Shown here: in pieces, positions 25,594 through 37,800 of the stretch
Layout of the letters: each line of letters begins with the position of its first letter
Position numbering within the stretch: the first letter of the stretch is position 1
Assembly: GCA_965645245.1 (NCBI GenBank)
Contig: OZ287067.1
Location: forward strand, 1,674,001 to 1,738,000
Direction of reading: 5' to 3'
Length of the DNA: 64,000 bases
Source: Massalongia carnosa
Taxonomy: Eukaryota
Position numbers and translations under genes: made by a program
Notes under the pieces: generated by a model
The model's database searches: none
The model's input: only the letters and a program-made list of their open reading frames with translations
What the model was told of the DNA's origin: nothing

Positions 25594-26257
25594 CATAGCC
25601 ATGAGCACACTCAAGGAAGACCAAGCGTATAGAAAGGTGGTGAAATGAAGCAAGTGCAGTTCTGTAGGTTTGCATACAGCTGTCCGCAACAAGGAACTTC
25701 CTTTTGTTAATCAAGCAGGCATAGTGGGTTATGTGGATATCTTCAGTATACTTTTAGACGACTAACTCTGAAACCATGCTTTTCTTCAAGGCGGGCATAA
25801 GCTGTAGTAGAATAATCGGTAGCCCTCCAACCTTAAGTCAGATGCCTACGAATATCGACGATTGGGTACGTGCTCCGTATTCTGTACAATGGATTGGGTA
25901 TCGCTTCTAGTCACATGATCTGTATTAAAGAAACAAATTTTCACTTAGAAGTTTCTTTCTTACTCGTCAATACTAAGTACACAATTCAGATCAATAGAGT
26001 ATATAATCGAGTATTAATCCTCCGATTTCAATGATCAAGCAAAATTACGTATGATATTATGATGCACGATGTCAATGTTCAAGTCACAGTTTAAGTTCAT
26101 CCAACCGTCTTGTCTTCCTTGATGTTTTAATGCTCAAGTAATACGTTATCTTTACTGTCTTCCTTCGGTTATACTTTACATCCATTGATACTTGACATTG
26201 AAACTGGTTCTTCGTTAAGCAGACTTCGATCGATTTGTGAGAAGAAAATATAGAGAA

Positions 26258-27964
26258 ATGTCGCATCTGAGAGCATTTCTTGGATCCCGGGACATTCCAA
26301 TGCAATCAGCGGTAATATCTGATCCGCCGCGGCCACAGCCTACTCTTCTTAATGAGAGGGTCCAAGCGAAAATGCAAGAAATGGGTATCTCCAATGTTCC
26401 CGATGCATTTCCCTTCCAAGGCGACGGTTATAACAATTCCACGTCACAACGCCCCACCGAAGCTGATCAGAATCCGGGCTTAACACAACAACTAAAGCTT
26501 CATCGTCATACTTCTGCATCCTGGAGTAGAAATAAACGATGGCACGGCAACAGTCTCAAAAGTGCGTCAACACCTAATCTGAAGGATGACATGCAATATG
26601 AGAGGGGGTATGTAGGTGTTTCAAACGATCATGATCTTTTCGATACTGACATTGAGAACGTTGACTCTACTGTTTCTTTGAGCGATATTGGTAATGCTGG
26701 TGTTGGCCAGGAGTTCAGCCCATTCGAAAAGGCTTCTGGTAACGCTTTAGATCAAACTAAACACCATGATTACTATGGAGTCGGGAGCTTTCAATCCATT
26801 GGTAGAAAAGGTGACCGTGGACATCACATTGCATTTGATGCACCCGCAAATAATGGTTTCACCAATAACATTGAGGAGGGCCTTTTGGAGGGAGTTGAGT
26901 ACGAAAGAAACAACGAGACATCGCCTAGACTGGAAGGTCTTAATGGGGTTGGAATATCGTATGGATTAGCCGAAGACTCTGATCATGATGGTAGTCTTAC
27001 TCGATCGAAGGAGTCTCAACAAATCCAAGTAGCGGAGAGGGCACCCTCCATGGATCACCCCATCAAGGAAAAAAAGAAAGCCTTCGGAAAGTCTATTCAA
27101 TTCGTGTCCGATAGAAACAAATCTACTAGCAAGTATTCTCAAGTTGACCCTATTAGCGTTGCGGACCGTAATCTTAAGCATCAAAAAATGAATACGGGGC
27201 TCGGCGAGCATCCTGAACACGGTAGCCTAGATAATAACATCATTCCGCCAGGGGCAAGGAAAACGAATGAGAAGGGGGTCGTTATTAACCTGCAACATAG
27301 ATCGCAGACACACCAAGGCCAGAGCTCTGTCGCGGCTGTCACGGACCGTCTAGTGCATAAAGGCAGCGAGGGTGCCAAAGAAGAATATGACGTTTCGGCT
27401 ATACAACCTTCAGGTCCTATCGACCCACCAACAATCAACGAATCCGGAATCGGCAACCGAAGCCAAGTCTCAACTGTTCATGGAGATCGTGATATTGCAT
27501 CATACATACCCAGCCATAAGCACCGCATAGATCTAGATTACAATCCGGTGCAGCTTCGCGAAATGAAATATGACCGGTTAAGTCATGAAGACTTTGACCA
27601 CTTCCCGCAAGCGACGAACAGCAGTTCGTTGCAAAGTATGGCTGATCTTGGGCTATCAACAAGGCTTCAAAATCTCTATGAACTCAAGGATTGCCCCGAT
27701 CTCTTACTGCAACGCAAAGCTTTCTTCTCCAACCTGAAGATCGATCAGTATGAGGAGTGTGGTGATCTCATTGTTGAAAAGTTTAGCGACATGATGTCGC
27801 AATATAAAAATGTGAGGCAACAAAAGCGCCTAATAGCAAGAACATTTGAATCAGAGATTGCCACCTGGGAGGAGCGAGTGCAAGCCAAGAAGAAGGGCGT
27901 TGACCAAGATTTGGGGCGGCTAAGGCAGGCTGGTGAAAACATTGTCAAAGGGAAAAGGGCTTGA
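26258..27964 (+). CDS. Ecm11 C-terminal-domain protein
   Basis: Long ORF. The C-terminal LDY..L..M.Y..L..EDFD..FFSNLKIDQYEECGDLIVEKF..FESEI..EE coiled-coil is typical of fungal ECM11-domain proteins. Confidence 0.7.
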   Translation: MSHLRAFLGSRDIPMQSAVISDPPRPQPTLLNERVQAKMQEMGISNVPDAFPFQGDGYNNSTSQRPTEADQNPGLTQQLKLHRHTSASWSRNKRWHGNSLKSASTPNLKDDMQYERGYVGVSNDHDLFDTDIENVDSTVSLSDIGNAGVGQEFSPFEKASGNALDQTKHHDYYGVGSFQSIGRKGDRGHHIAFDAPANNGFTNNIEEGLLEGVEYERNNETSPRLEGLNGVGISYGLAEDSDHDGSLTRSKESQQIQVAERAPSMDHPIKEKKKAFGKSIQFVSDRNKSTSKYSQVDPISVADRNLKHQKMNTGLGEHPEHGSLDNNIIPPGARKTNEKGVVINLQHRSQTHQGQSSVAAVTDRLVHKGSEGAKEEYDVSAIQPSGPIDPPTINESGIGNRSQVSTVHGDRDIASYIPSHKHRIDLDYNPVQLREMKYDRLSHEDFDHFPQATNSSSLQSMADLGLSTRLQNLYELKDCPDLLLQRKAFFSNLKIDQYEECGDLIVEKFSDMMSQYKNVRQQKRLIARTFESEIATWEERVQAKKKGVDQDLGRLRQAGENIVKGKRA

Positions 27965-28213
27965 GTCTCTAAAACGCAGATATCTTCCCCGGAAACGGAG
28001 AGTCGACTATGGAATATTTTGACGATGCTACCTTTTCCTTTGACTAGAATGAGGAGGTGTTGTGCTGCAATGTTACATAGCTCTGCTTGCGAATGTGCCA
28101 GTCATCTTTTAACTCAGCGCCGAAGAAGTAAGAATGATTTGAAGCAGCAGGTAGCAATGTCGATGAGTTATATGACTTGGTGGTTCCACCCCACCAACAG
28201 GATCCTCACGCTG

Positions 28214-30070
28214 TCAACAGGTAATGACAGCCTGGATCCACCAATCCAGCAAACCCTGCGCCGTAGGATAGTTTCCCCACCATCGGGATGTGGTCCCGTC
28301 ATCATGCGTGCCCCCAATCCCCTGAACACCGACCATCCCCTCGCGCTTCCTCCACTCCCGCTCTGCGGCCTCCCCTGCACGTTTGGTCATATCAAATTCA
28401 TCCTCTGCTCTGTATAGATCACAATTTCCACAGTCAACGCACGCACCCCCAGCGGGTCTGAAATGTTGGCAAAAGTGTCGATAGCCTTCTCCAGGTCTGG
28501 TATCTAGTCCTTCCCGGCACACATAACACATCATGTAGCCGCACACACAGGTCAACTTGTTGCATCCACTCTCCTTGATGAAACTCACCCCACAGCGAGG
28601 ACATGTCCGCTTCAGCGCGGCGGTGCGCGCCATCTCGATCGTGGTACGAAGAGATAGCGCAGCAGACTCATAACAGGTGTGAGGATCCTGCCACGCTTTC
28701 AAACAGATCATACAAGACCGCAAAGCGCAACGAGGTGATTGGCAATGGAAGCGCCGTGGGAGATATTTGGAACGGCAGAGCCGAGCAAGGGAATTCGAGA
28801 TTTGAACATCAGGATCTGGAACAGCATGGAAAGGTATCACACGACATAAAACAAAACATATCCATATTATGGGAAGAAGAACAAGGGCGGAAAGAATGAT
28901 AAGTATAACGAGCAGCGGGTTGCATGAGGCATTGAAACGATACTTAATCTTAGTCGGCGGAAGGTAGAGATCGTCAACTTCTGCGTAAGTGCAAAAGGGG
29001 CATCGAATCAGGGGCAATTGAGATTTGCGAAGAGCTTCCTCCGCCAGTTTGGACTCAAGCTGGATGAGTTGTTCCCGCCCGCCTTTGACTTGAGACATAG
29101 CTCGCCGCGTTACATCGTGCGCGATCGAGCCATCGCAAACGGCCCCTAACAACGGAGCGAGACATTTAATTTGGCCACTTTTCTCATCAATGTTTTGGTT
29201 CCCACCTTGACCGAATATTACCTCTCCAACTGCCCGACTCAAACAGTTAAAGCATATAACATGCCCATCTGCGCCACAAGTTGCCATTTGCTCCAGAGTG
29301 ATATCCGCGAAGCAACACTCACACTCGTGTAAAGCATCCGCGTTTCTTGCTTCCGTTTCGTTGATTTCCATCGCGAATGCCCAATCTTTGGCCACTCGCT
29401 CCGTCTCAAGCCGCTGCTTGATCGGCACAATAAGGCTCTGGTTCAACTCCTCATCGAGCTCCTCATCTCCCGATTTCCTCAGTTCGGGGGGCTTCGTTGG
29501 CTCCTCTTCGTCGCACGAGGAGCACCCACGAAGCATGTAGTGAGAATCTAGCGCACTCAAATCTGGCCTTCTCCATTTCGAAAAAAATCTGCGTATGTTG
29601 CATCTCCAGCTCTTGGATGCTATCTCCCGCAGCGAAAACCTGGACGGTGCGTAGGAAAAGTTGTGTTCCGCCAACACGGCAGCAATGGTACTCTTACGCA
29701 AAGCTTTAAACTCTTGAGAAAGCGCACTTTGGACGGCGTGCTTATAACCTTCCCGCCTGAAGCGTTCCGCGACAGGAACTACAGCGAGGTTTGTTTCATG
29801 GATATCTCCAGCCGTAACGTCGCCATGGCTGGGCAACTTCCATCGGCCGAGAACCCATTTGTCCTCATAGCTGAGCAGTTGCTCTACGATAACGTCGAGA
29901 CTGCTTTCGCCAGTGAAGATAGTCAACATCTCGCGAAATACCTCCGGACGGATCCGTGGAAAGACGTTGACGAGGACCGTCAGTGCTTTATTAGCGTCTG
30001 TGAAGCTGAACTGTTCATCACTGGCGCTTTTTAGATCTTGATGGTTTTCGGATTTGAAGAATCCTTCCAT
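28214..30070 (-). CDS. RBR (RING-between-RING) E3 ubiquitin ligase, RNF216/TRIAD3-like
   Basis: CUE-like N-terminus (VFPRIRPEVFREML), RING1 ECECCFAD..C..GHVICFNC, IBR CPFC..C..C..C..C..H.C, RING2 CPRC..IKESGCNKLTCVCGYMMCYVC. Confidence 0.88.
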   Translation of the reverse strand: MEGFFKSENHQDLKSASDEQFSFTDANKALTVLVNVFPRIRPEVFREMLTIFTGESSLDVIVEQLLSYEDKWVLGRWKLPSHGDVTAGDIHETNLAVVPVAERFRREGYKHAVQSALSQEFKALRKSTIAAVLAEHNFSYAPSRFSLREIASKSWRCNIRRFFSKWRRPDLSALDSHYMLRGCSSCDEEEPTKPPELRKSGDEELDEELNQSLIVPIKQRLETERVAKDWAFAMEINETEARNADALHECECCFADITLEQMATCGADGHVICFNCLSRAVGEVIFGQGGNQNIDEKSGQIKCLAPLLGAVCDGSIAHDVTRRAMSQVKGGREQLIQLESKLAEEALRKSQLPLIRCPFCTYAEVDDLYLPPTKIKYRFNASCNPLLVILIILSALVLLPIIWICFVLCRVIPFHAVPDPDVQISNSLARLCRSKYLPRRFHCQSPRCALRSCMICLKAWQDPHTCYESAALSLRTTIEMARTAALKRTCPRCGVSFIKESGCNKLTCVCGYMMCYVCREGLDTRPGEGYRHFCQHFRPAGGACVDCGNCDLYRAEDEFDMTKRAGEAAEREWRKREGMVGVQGIGGTHDDGTTSRWWGNYPTAQGLLDWWIQAVITC

Positions 30071-30728
30071 AAGGAACCGAAGAAATGCGTAATCAATATC
30101 GGTTCTAAATCTTTCATCCGCAAATGATAGGTATACACATTCCGCATAACTTCAGAAAATATTTTACGAATAGAATACGATGAAACGAAACCCGTTACAT
30201 TTGCTGAAGTACGGAGGTCTGAGTCAAAAGTAATCGGAGACGCTAAATATTAGCCCCAGAGCTAGCTGTTTAATACGTGTTAGTTATTTTTAGCGTGAAA
30301 ATATAGTCATAGTAGAGAAAAAATTTTATATGCAGAGGATATCATAGATTATCAAACGTACAATCACTACAAACATGGCAGGCAAGACGTATAATCTTTC
30401 GCAACGCGTACAAGCCCTTACATTCCTTGGTATGGGGATGAGAATTGAAGATATTAGTCGAATCACAGGCTTTTCGCGTAGTGCACTCTATGACTTAAAG
30501 AAAAGGGCTATCGAACGTGGATATGACACTACAGTAACGTCGGTTTGTTGAATGTTCAACTTCTACCAGCATTGCCTAGCCGATAGATTAGATAAGATCA
30601 GATCTAATCTAATCGCATAGAGGCTCGGATAAACTATTATCATCTCGCTTAGCAGAGGTGACCAACATAAAAGGAACAGATTGCTCTGCACTCCGTAGCA
30701 ACTCTGCATCCTTAACATCATGGTCATA

Positions 30729-32640
30729 CAGGCCCACAGCGGGTGTCAAAAGTTTTTACCTAATGAGGGTAGGATTTTTAAGCGAAAATCCCCCATGTGC
30801 ATGAAATTGTTTTTAGATTTCCTCCCCCAATCAACCATGGCACCATCTACTCCACCACCACAGGCAAAAAATCCCCTAATGCTGATACCATCAGAAAAAC
30901 CCGCTTTTTTCATGCTATTGATCATCGGCCGGAAAATGTCACCATCAAAGATGTCTGCGAGCAGGAGAGCATCAAGCTCGATCGAGGGAAATATTGGCTG
31001 AAGCAACGCCAGCGTCTTGAAGACGTCGCCTATCGACGACGTTCTCGTAGCGGTCAACCTAAAAAGGTGAGCACTCAGTTGATAAATCAGATGCTGAATC
31101 CACATACAAATGGCGTTCGCGATCAGCCGTACACCGTACAATTGGAGCACTTTCATATAGATGCAACGCGACGTACACTGCAAAGAGCATTCAGTGCTCG
31201 CAAACCTCGTGCCGCTCGATTTAAAAAAGCGAAGGTGAAAACGCTCAGTCAGAAAAACGAGCGACTACGAGTTCTATATGGGAAAGAGCATGAAAATCAT
31301 ACTATTGAGAATTTCTGGCAGTACGTTCATTTCACGGATGAGGCTCATTTCGACCCGGATCAAACGTACCAAAAGCGAGTTCTTCGAGAGGAAGGCACTA
31401 GATACGAGTCAGAAAACATGCAAAAGATGCCGGACATGAAGGGGATAAAACTGCATGTGGCCGCTTCTATTTCGTGGCATCATAAGGGCCGCTGGCGTTT
31501 TACAATGACGAGCACGACGCGCCTGAAATTCAGGTTCATGTAATAGCGCGGCAATACAGGACTGCGCTAGCTCCTGGGATGACTCACCCAAGAAGACCGG
31601 GTGACTGATATTCCGGATGCTTAGTCATGATAAGGCGGATAGCAATACTAAGCCATCAGCAATCAGACTTACCAGTTTGTTAGGCAGCAACTGAAGCTAT
31701 TCAGATAAGCCTCGATCTCATGGGAGGCCTGGGACGCCTAGGAGACCTCAGCTGAGGGCAACAAGGCTATCTGCTAGACCTCAGCTGAAGGCAACAAGGT
31801 TATCTGCTAGACCTCAGCTGAAGGCAGCAAGGCTATCTACTAGACCTCAGCTGAAGGCAACAAGGCAGACAGGTAACCAGACAAGTAGTTAGTAAATAGG
31901 ACCCCAAGGGGTATATAGAAAGCTCGATTCCCATCTTCAGGAAATCAGCTTTTAGCTTTAGCACCTACCAATCTATTAGCAGTCACACTGAGCATTATAA
32001 CCCATAAGGACTAGTGTCTACTGTCCCTCTTATAGTTCACAAGCCCAGAAAATCACGCAAGTCCAAGTATGAAACGGAGCATGATCATCGTCGGCGAATA
32101 GCTGAATGGGAGGCGTCTCTACCTCACGATTTAGAGATTAAATCAAAAGGCAATAGCATGACTCAAGCTTATTATACGGAGCGTCTGCTTCCCGGCTATA
32201 TGACTGAAATTCATGAATGTCGTGTTTTTCATGATCGGTTTTGCATCTTTCAAGAAGATAACGATCCTAGCCACGCCACACGATCTACAGACAATATCGT
32301 ACGTAGATTCAAGGCAGCTAGCTGGATTGAAACGTTGAATCATCCTCCGCAATCCCCTGATCTCAATCCAACGGAAGGGTTATGGAATATTCTGAAACAG
32401 CGAGTTAGACGGCGACGGTGCAGCAATATGAGAGAGTTAAAACGGGTGATTCTAGATGAATGGGACAAAATATCTATAGATGAAATTCGGGCCCGAATTA
32501 AGGAGATGCCTGATCGATGTAAGAGATTAATAGCGATGGAGGGCAAAGCAATAAAATCCGATCTATGGTAAATTCTGATGATTTTGGTGAGGGGCCCTGA
32601 CCCCAATTAGGTAAAAACTTTTGACACCCACGTGGGCCCC
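30729..32640 (+). mobile_element. Tc1/mariner (DD34E-type) DNA transposon with TIRs, interrupted by a solo LTR
   Basis: ~36-bp imperfect TIRs (..GGGTGTCAAAAGTTTTTACCTAAT) flanked by TA. Transposase ORFs 30797-31543 (FTDE) and ~32040-32571 (QEDND..HPPQSPDLNPTE). Confidence 0.9.
31539..32034 (+). mobile_element. Solo LTR (496 bp) with internal 33-bp tandem repeats
   Basis: TGTAAT..CTTATA ends, TSD GTTCA. Near-identical inverted copy at 58415-58910. Confidence 0.9.
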
Positions 32641-33595
32641 TATCTTTACATAGTCTTATAGCCATAGTCATAGACCTATTCAACAACATGTTAAAGATAT
32701 AAAAAAAAGTGGACGACAAGGTATTAGCTTGGAAAATCAACAAGAAATTATTGCAAAAGTCACCACAGATCGACATGGAAGAGAAAAATCAACCCTTGAG
32801 ATAGCTGCGGAAGTAAAGGTATCTCAAAGTTTAGTAGCTCGCATACTAAATAAGTATGGATATAAAAAAGTAAAACCAATATAGAAGCCAGATCTTACTC
32901 CCGCTATGAAGAAATCCCGCCTAGAATTCGCAATCAAGTACAAAGATTAGACAATGGAGGATTGGTAACGTGTAATTTGGACAGATAAGACTAGTATAGT
33001 ATTGAGACGTTGTAATAGGGTAGGCCTAGTATGCGTTCGTTAAACGTAAGACTGGCCTATATGGCTATGTAGGATATGTATGTCACGGAATCGCTTCGCA
33101 CCCTCCCGCTTGTCCTGATCGGGTTAGTATTTAACAGGGCCCATTGCTGTGAAACCTCACCCATCGTGCTCAGGCGTTCTTCTGCCGCCCTCAGCGCACT
33201 ATCAATCTCCTACAATCCGTATTCCAATCTCAACGTCTCCACTATCCAGGCTTATGAGTGAGAGTGCTTCAGCACAGATAAAGGCGGGATAGGTCAAAGC
33301 AATCATGTTAAAGAAATTAGTATAGGAACAGAGATGGGGCAAGTCGAGAATAGGAGAGTTGAAAGCCATGGCTATAAAGTCTATGTGGTTTCCCAGGTGT
33401 TTAGAGCTCTTCATCGGACGTCTTGTGTATTATTCTCACCTTCTAGTTTTAGCATATCTAGATATCCGTTCTGCAAGATAGAGTCTTGTATCTCTCCAGC
33501 CCTCCCCTGACATTACGTCCGATCCATATTTTTTGTGTTTTTCAAAGCACTATTCTTCCTTTCCCTTTTCATTTTTTGCCTATAGATAATCAGTC

Positions 33596-34833
33596 ATGTC
33601 AAACCAAGATCAAGGACAACCTATGCCCGAGCAGCCCATTGAAAGCACAGATGCACAGCTTGCCTACGTGCAGGCCAACCCCCTTCCATTCCTTCAAGAA
33701 ATGGAGAGATTGCAAAACCAAATAGCAAAATTGGAACAGGAAGCCCAAGCACGACAAGCCTCCACCATCGTTACACCACCTTCCACGTCTTCCCCTTCTT
33801 CCTCTCTCAGTCCCGAGTTCCTTACTTCGATCGTGGCCGCCGTAACAGCTGCTATGTCCAAGAACCTCTCCACAGACAAACCGGCCAAGTCAGAAAAGCT
33901 GCCGGACATTGCCGAATACGACGGCAACATGGACAATCTCGATTCATGGGAACAGAGTCTGATACAGAGGATGCATGTGAACCATGACCGCTATCCTACA
34001 GAGAACGAAAAGATAACTTATGCCGAATCCCGACTTACCATCGGAAAAAAGCACACAACTTGATGAACAGGTATAGAACGGATGGCTTGTGCGCGCTGAC
34101 AAGTCTAAAAGATTGGCGAATGAAATTGCGCCAGGCATGTGGCAATCGCTTTGAAGAAGAAGACGCACGCACCTATCTTCGTGACACCCTCAAACAGGGT
34201 ACGCTAAGTTTCGAAGAATACTATAACCTCTTCACACAGAAGAAAGAACGATCGGGAATGGAAGATGCCTCTCTAATCGACGCCATGCGATCAAATGTCA
34301 ACTACGCCACACAGGCAGCCGCAATCTCGTGGCGAAAAACAGATGGGTCCAGGCCCGTTACGTTTGACGATCATGTGCAGATGTGGTCCGACACCGACTG
34401 GGACCTGAGGCAGTTAAAACATCGCCATTCTCGCACCACCCCTGCTGCCAATGCCAGCAATTCTCCGACCACTAGACGAGGAAACGCACCTGCCACGACC
34501 AGCACCTCCAACACGACCACACGCATCACCCCGGCCGTCACCACACCTGCTGCCCCTGTCGCCGCTGCCGGCGGCGATCCCATGGATCTGAGTTCAGCAA
34601 TGGCCGCCGTTCGAGGCCATAAGTTGACGGATCCAGGAGTCCGTAAGATCTGTGATGACTGGAAGCTATGCTTCTATTGTCGACGTCAACATCCGGGTAC
34701 CATTGGTGACTGCCCGATTCGAAAGACAACCGCGGTTCGCTCCCTTGTCCTATATGAGGGATCATCAAATGCACAATCAACGCCGATATCAACGTCACAG
34801 ATATCGAAGGTCCAGGAGGTGGAAAAAGCTTAG
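33596..34833 (+). CDS. gag: Gypsy Gag (family B), split by a 1-bp deletion in an A run near 34045
   Basis: ORFs 33596-34063 and 34060-34833 are homologous to family A Gag (KLPDI.EYDG, YAESRLTI, PMDLSSAM). Confidence 0.9.
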
Positions 34834-37800
34834 TCTCTGCGCATAGTCGCGCGCAGAGACAACCAGATTTCTTGATTTCTTCTTGCCTGCTGTCCACATC
34901 GTTTACACCGCCGCTCATGTCTAGCAATCGTTTTTCGGCGGCGTCTGCTCTTACTCTTTTTGAAACTGATGAGACATTTAGAGATAGTCATATGGTTATC
35001 TCTTGTATATTACGTCGTTTTCAAAACAGAATAAAAGCTTTGATTCTTGTGGACAGTGGTGCATCTGGATATTCCTTTATTGATCAAGATTTCGCGCGTT
35101 TTCATAACTTCCCCTTACACCAATTGAAATATCCTAGACGACTTTCCGGCTTCGATGGCCAGCCAGCATTGACTGGCAACATAACTCACATCGCCGAAGT
35201 TACCATGGACCTAAATGGGCATGTAGAAAAGCTCTTTCTTTATGTAACAGGATTAAGACATTACCCCATTGTTTTGGGCCACCCATGGCTTCGCAGACAC
35301 GGAGTCATTACAAACTTTTCCAACAACACCTTGTCCCTATCGTCCCCCTTTTGCCTTGCACACTGCTGTCCTTCACCTGTAATGGTGCAATCAGCCACCA
35401 CGAAAGAAGAAGAATTCCTTATGCCTGCCGAAAGTCAGAAGGTATGGCAATCAGAAGAAACAGCTCTGCAGACCAGTCAACCCGAGCTCTCCATCTTTGA
35501 ATATCAAAAAGAAGATGGCCCAAGCCGAATACTCACCGCCATTCAGAGAGGCACAACTCCGAAAATCAGACCACGATCACAAAGCTATGTACGTGTCAGA
35601 CCCCAATCAGTTCGGACACTCAGTCCAATCCAGAAACCCAATCAGACTCAGATATCCAGCTCAGTTCAGACAATCAACTCAACTCAGACATCCTGCAGCA
35701 ATTCGTCACAAATTTGCGAAGTCAGCGCAGTAACTTTCGATCGCCTTGCTAGAAAGAAAAATCACGAGATATTTAGTATCTCACTTCATGAAATCGATCG
35801 CTTTTTAGGAATAAAAGCACATCCCAGTCCCAGTCCCAGTCATTCCGACCCTAGCTCATCCATTAGCCTAATAGCGATGCAGGCCTTTCCACCATTGAAT
35901 CCGAAGGCCTGCCCTAGCGATAAGGATATGCATATGACCATCTGCAAAATGAATAAGGAGCTAACCTTAGAAACATCCGTAACTCAAGAAGAGCTTGAAG
36001 CCATTCGGGAACGAAAGAACGTTGACCCGAGCACCATCTTACCGAAACAATATCACGAATTCCTAGACGTTTTTTCTAGAAAAGAATCTGAAGTGCTTCC
36101 AGAACGCCGGCCCTACGACCATGCCATCAATTTGAAAGATGGCTTCCAACCTCCAAATCAAGCGTTATACGGCATGAGCCGCGACGAAATAGAAGAACTC
36201 CGTCGGTATTTAGACGATAATTTGGCCAAGGGGTTCATTCGTGCCAGCCGTTCGCATGCGACGTCTCCTGTCATGTTCGTGAAAAAGCCCGGAGGGGGCC
36301 TTCGCTTCTGTGTTGATTACAGAGGCCTGAATGCCGTCACCATCAAGAATAGATATCCGTTGCCATTGATAGCCGAGACCTTGAATCGCTTGTCCAGAGC
36401 TAAAATATTTACTAAATTAGATATAATAGCAGCCTTTAATCGCCTACGCATAAAGGAAGGCGACGAAGAACTCACCGCATTCCGCACAAGATTTGGTCTA
36501 TTTGAGTACCTGGTAATGCCTTTCGGGATGTGTAATGGACCCGCCTCTTTTCAGCACTTTATCAACGATACTCTGCGAGAGTATCTGGACGACTTTTGCA
36601 CCGCATATTTGGATGACATTCTGATATACAGTGACGTTGAATCAGAGCACGAGATTCACATCAAAAGAATTCTGATCAAACTGCGTGAGGCAGGCCTTCA
36701 AGCAGACATCACTAAATGCGCTTTTCATGTGAAAGAAGTTTCATATCTAGGTCTAATCGTGACTACAGAGGGGATAAAAATGGACCCTGCCAAAGTCGAA
36801 ACTGTTATTAATTGGCCCACTCCCCAAAACGTGAAAGACGTACAGAGCTTCTTAGGGTTTGCGAACTTTTACAGACGATTCATTCTGAGGTTTAGCATGA
36901 TTGCTGGCCCATTAACCAACCTCACACGAAAAGACGTGAAATTTTTATGGACTGATAAATGTCAGCAAGCTTTCGACACTATGAAGAGAACCTTCACCTC
37001 AGACGTAGTCTTATTGCACTTCGATCCAGACAAGCCAATTATCGTGGAGACAGACGCCTCTGATTATATATCCGCAGGAATTCTTTCGCAATATGACAAG
37101 AACAGTGTTCTAAGACCTATTGCTTACTTTTCCAAGAAACACAATCCGGCGGAATGTAATTATGAAATCTATGATAAGGAGTTAATGGCAATCGTTCGGG
37201 CTTTCGAAGAATGGAGACCCGAATTGGAGGGTTCCGCTCACCCAATCAATGTAATCACGGATCACAAAAATCTAGAATATTTCACGTCTTCCAAGCAATT
37301 GAGCCGCCGTCAAGCCCGCTGGAGCGAGTTCTTATCCCGATTTGATTATAAAATAATCTATCGCCCTGGAAAAGCAGGTGGGAAACCAGACGCCCTAACA
37401 AGGAGATCAGGAGATCTCCCTAAAGAAGGAGATGAAACAGACGAACGCCGACAATTTCAACATCAAACTGTCATCAAATCGCATAATATAAATGAAGGAG
37501 TTGCCCGAGACCTGAATTTATGCCCTGCTATAAGATTAGCACCCGCTTTCCTAGAACAAGAAGTCATAAGGCTAGCACCTGCGTTTTTAGAACAGGAACA
37601 CGAACTCGATGAATCCGAAAATCTAGGCAACGAAGATGATAATCATACTGACGAACCTCAACTCGATCCAGATTCAGATCAGATTGCCTCTGACAATGAC
37701 CCGATGGATATCCCTACCGACGAGCTTTGGAATCAAGCCATTCAAAGAGATCACTTTGCCCCGAAAATTCTAATAATGCTGCAAAACGGAACCAGATATC

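Larger units (their letters stand above)
30375..33010 (+). mobile_element. Tc1/mariner-like transposase relic (outermost element, interrupted by several insertions)
   Basis: N-terminal HTH MAGKTYNLSQRVQALTFL..ITGFSRSALYDLKKRAIERGYD, resuming ~32665 (HVKD..KSGRQ..KKSRLEFA..VIWTDKTS) with stops. Confidence 0.7.
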
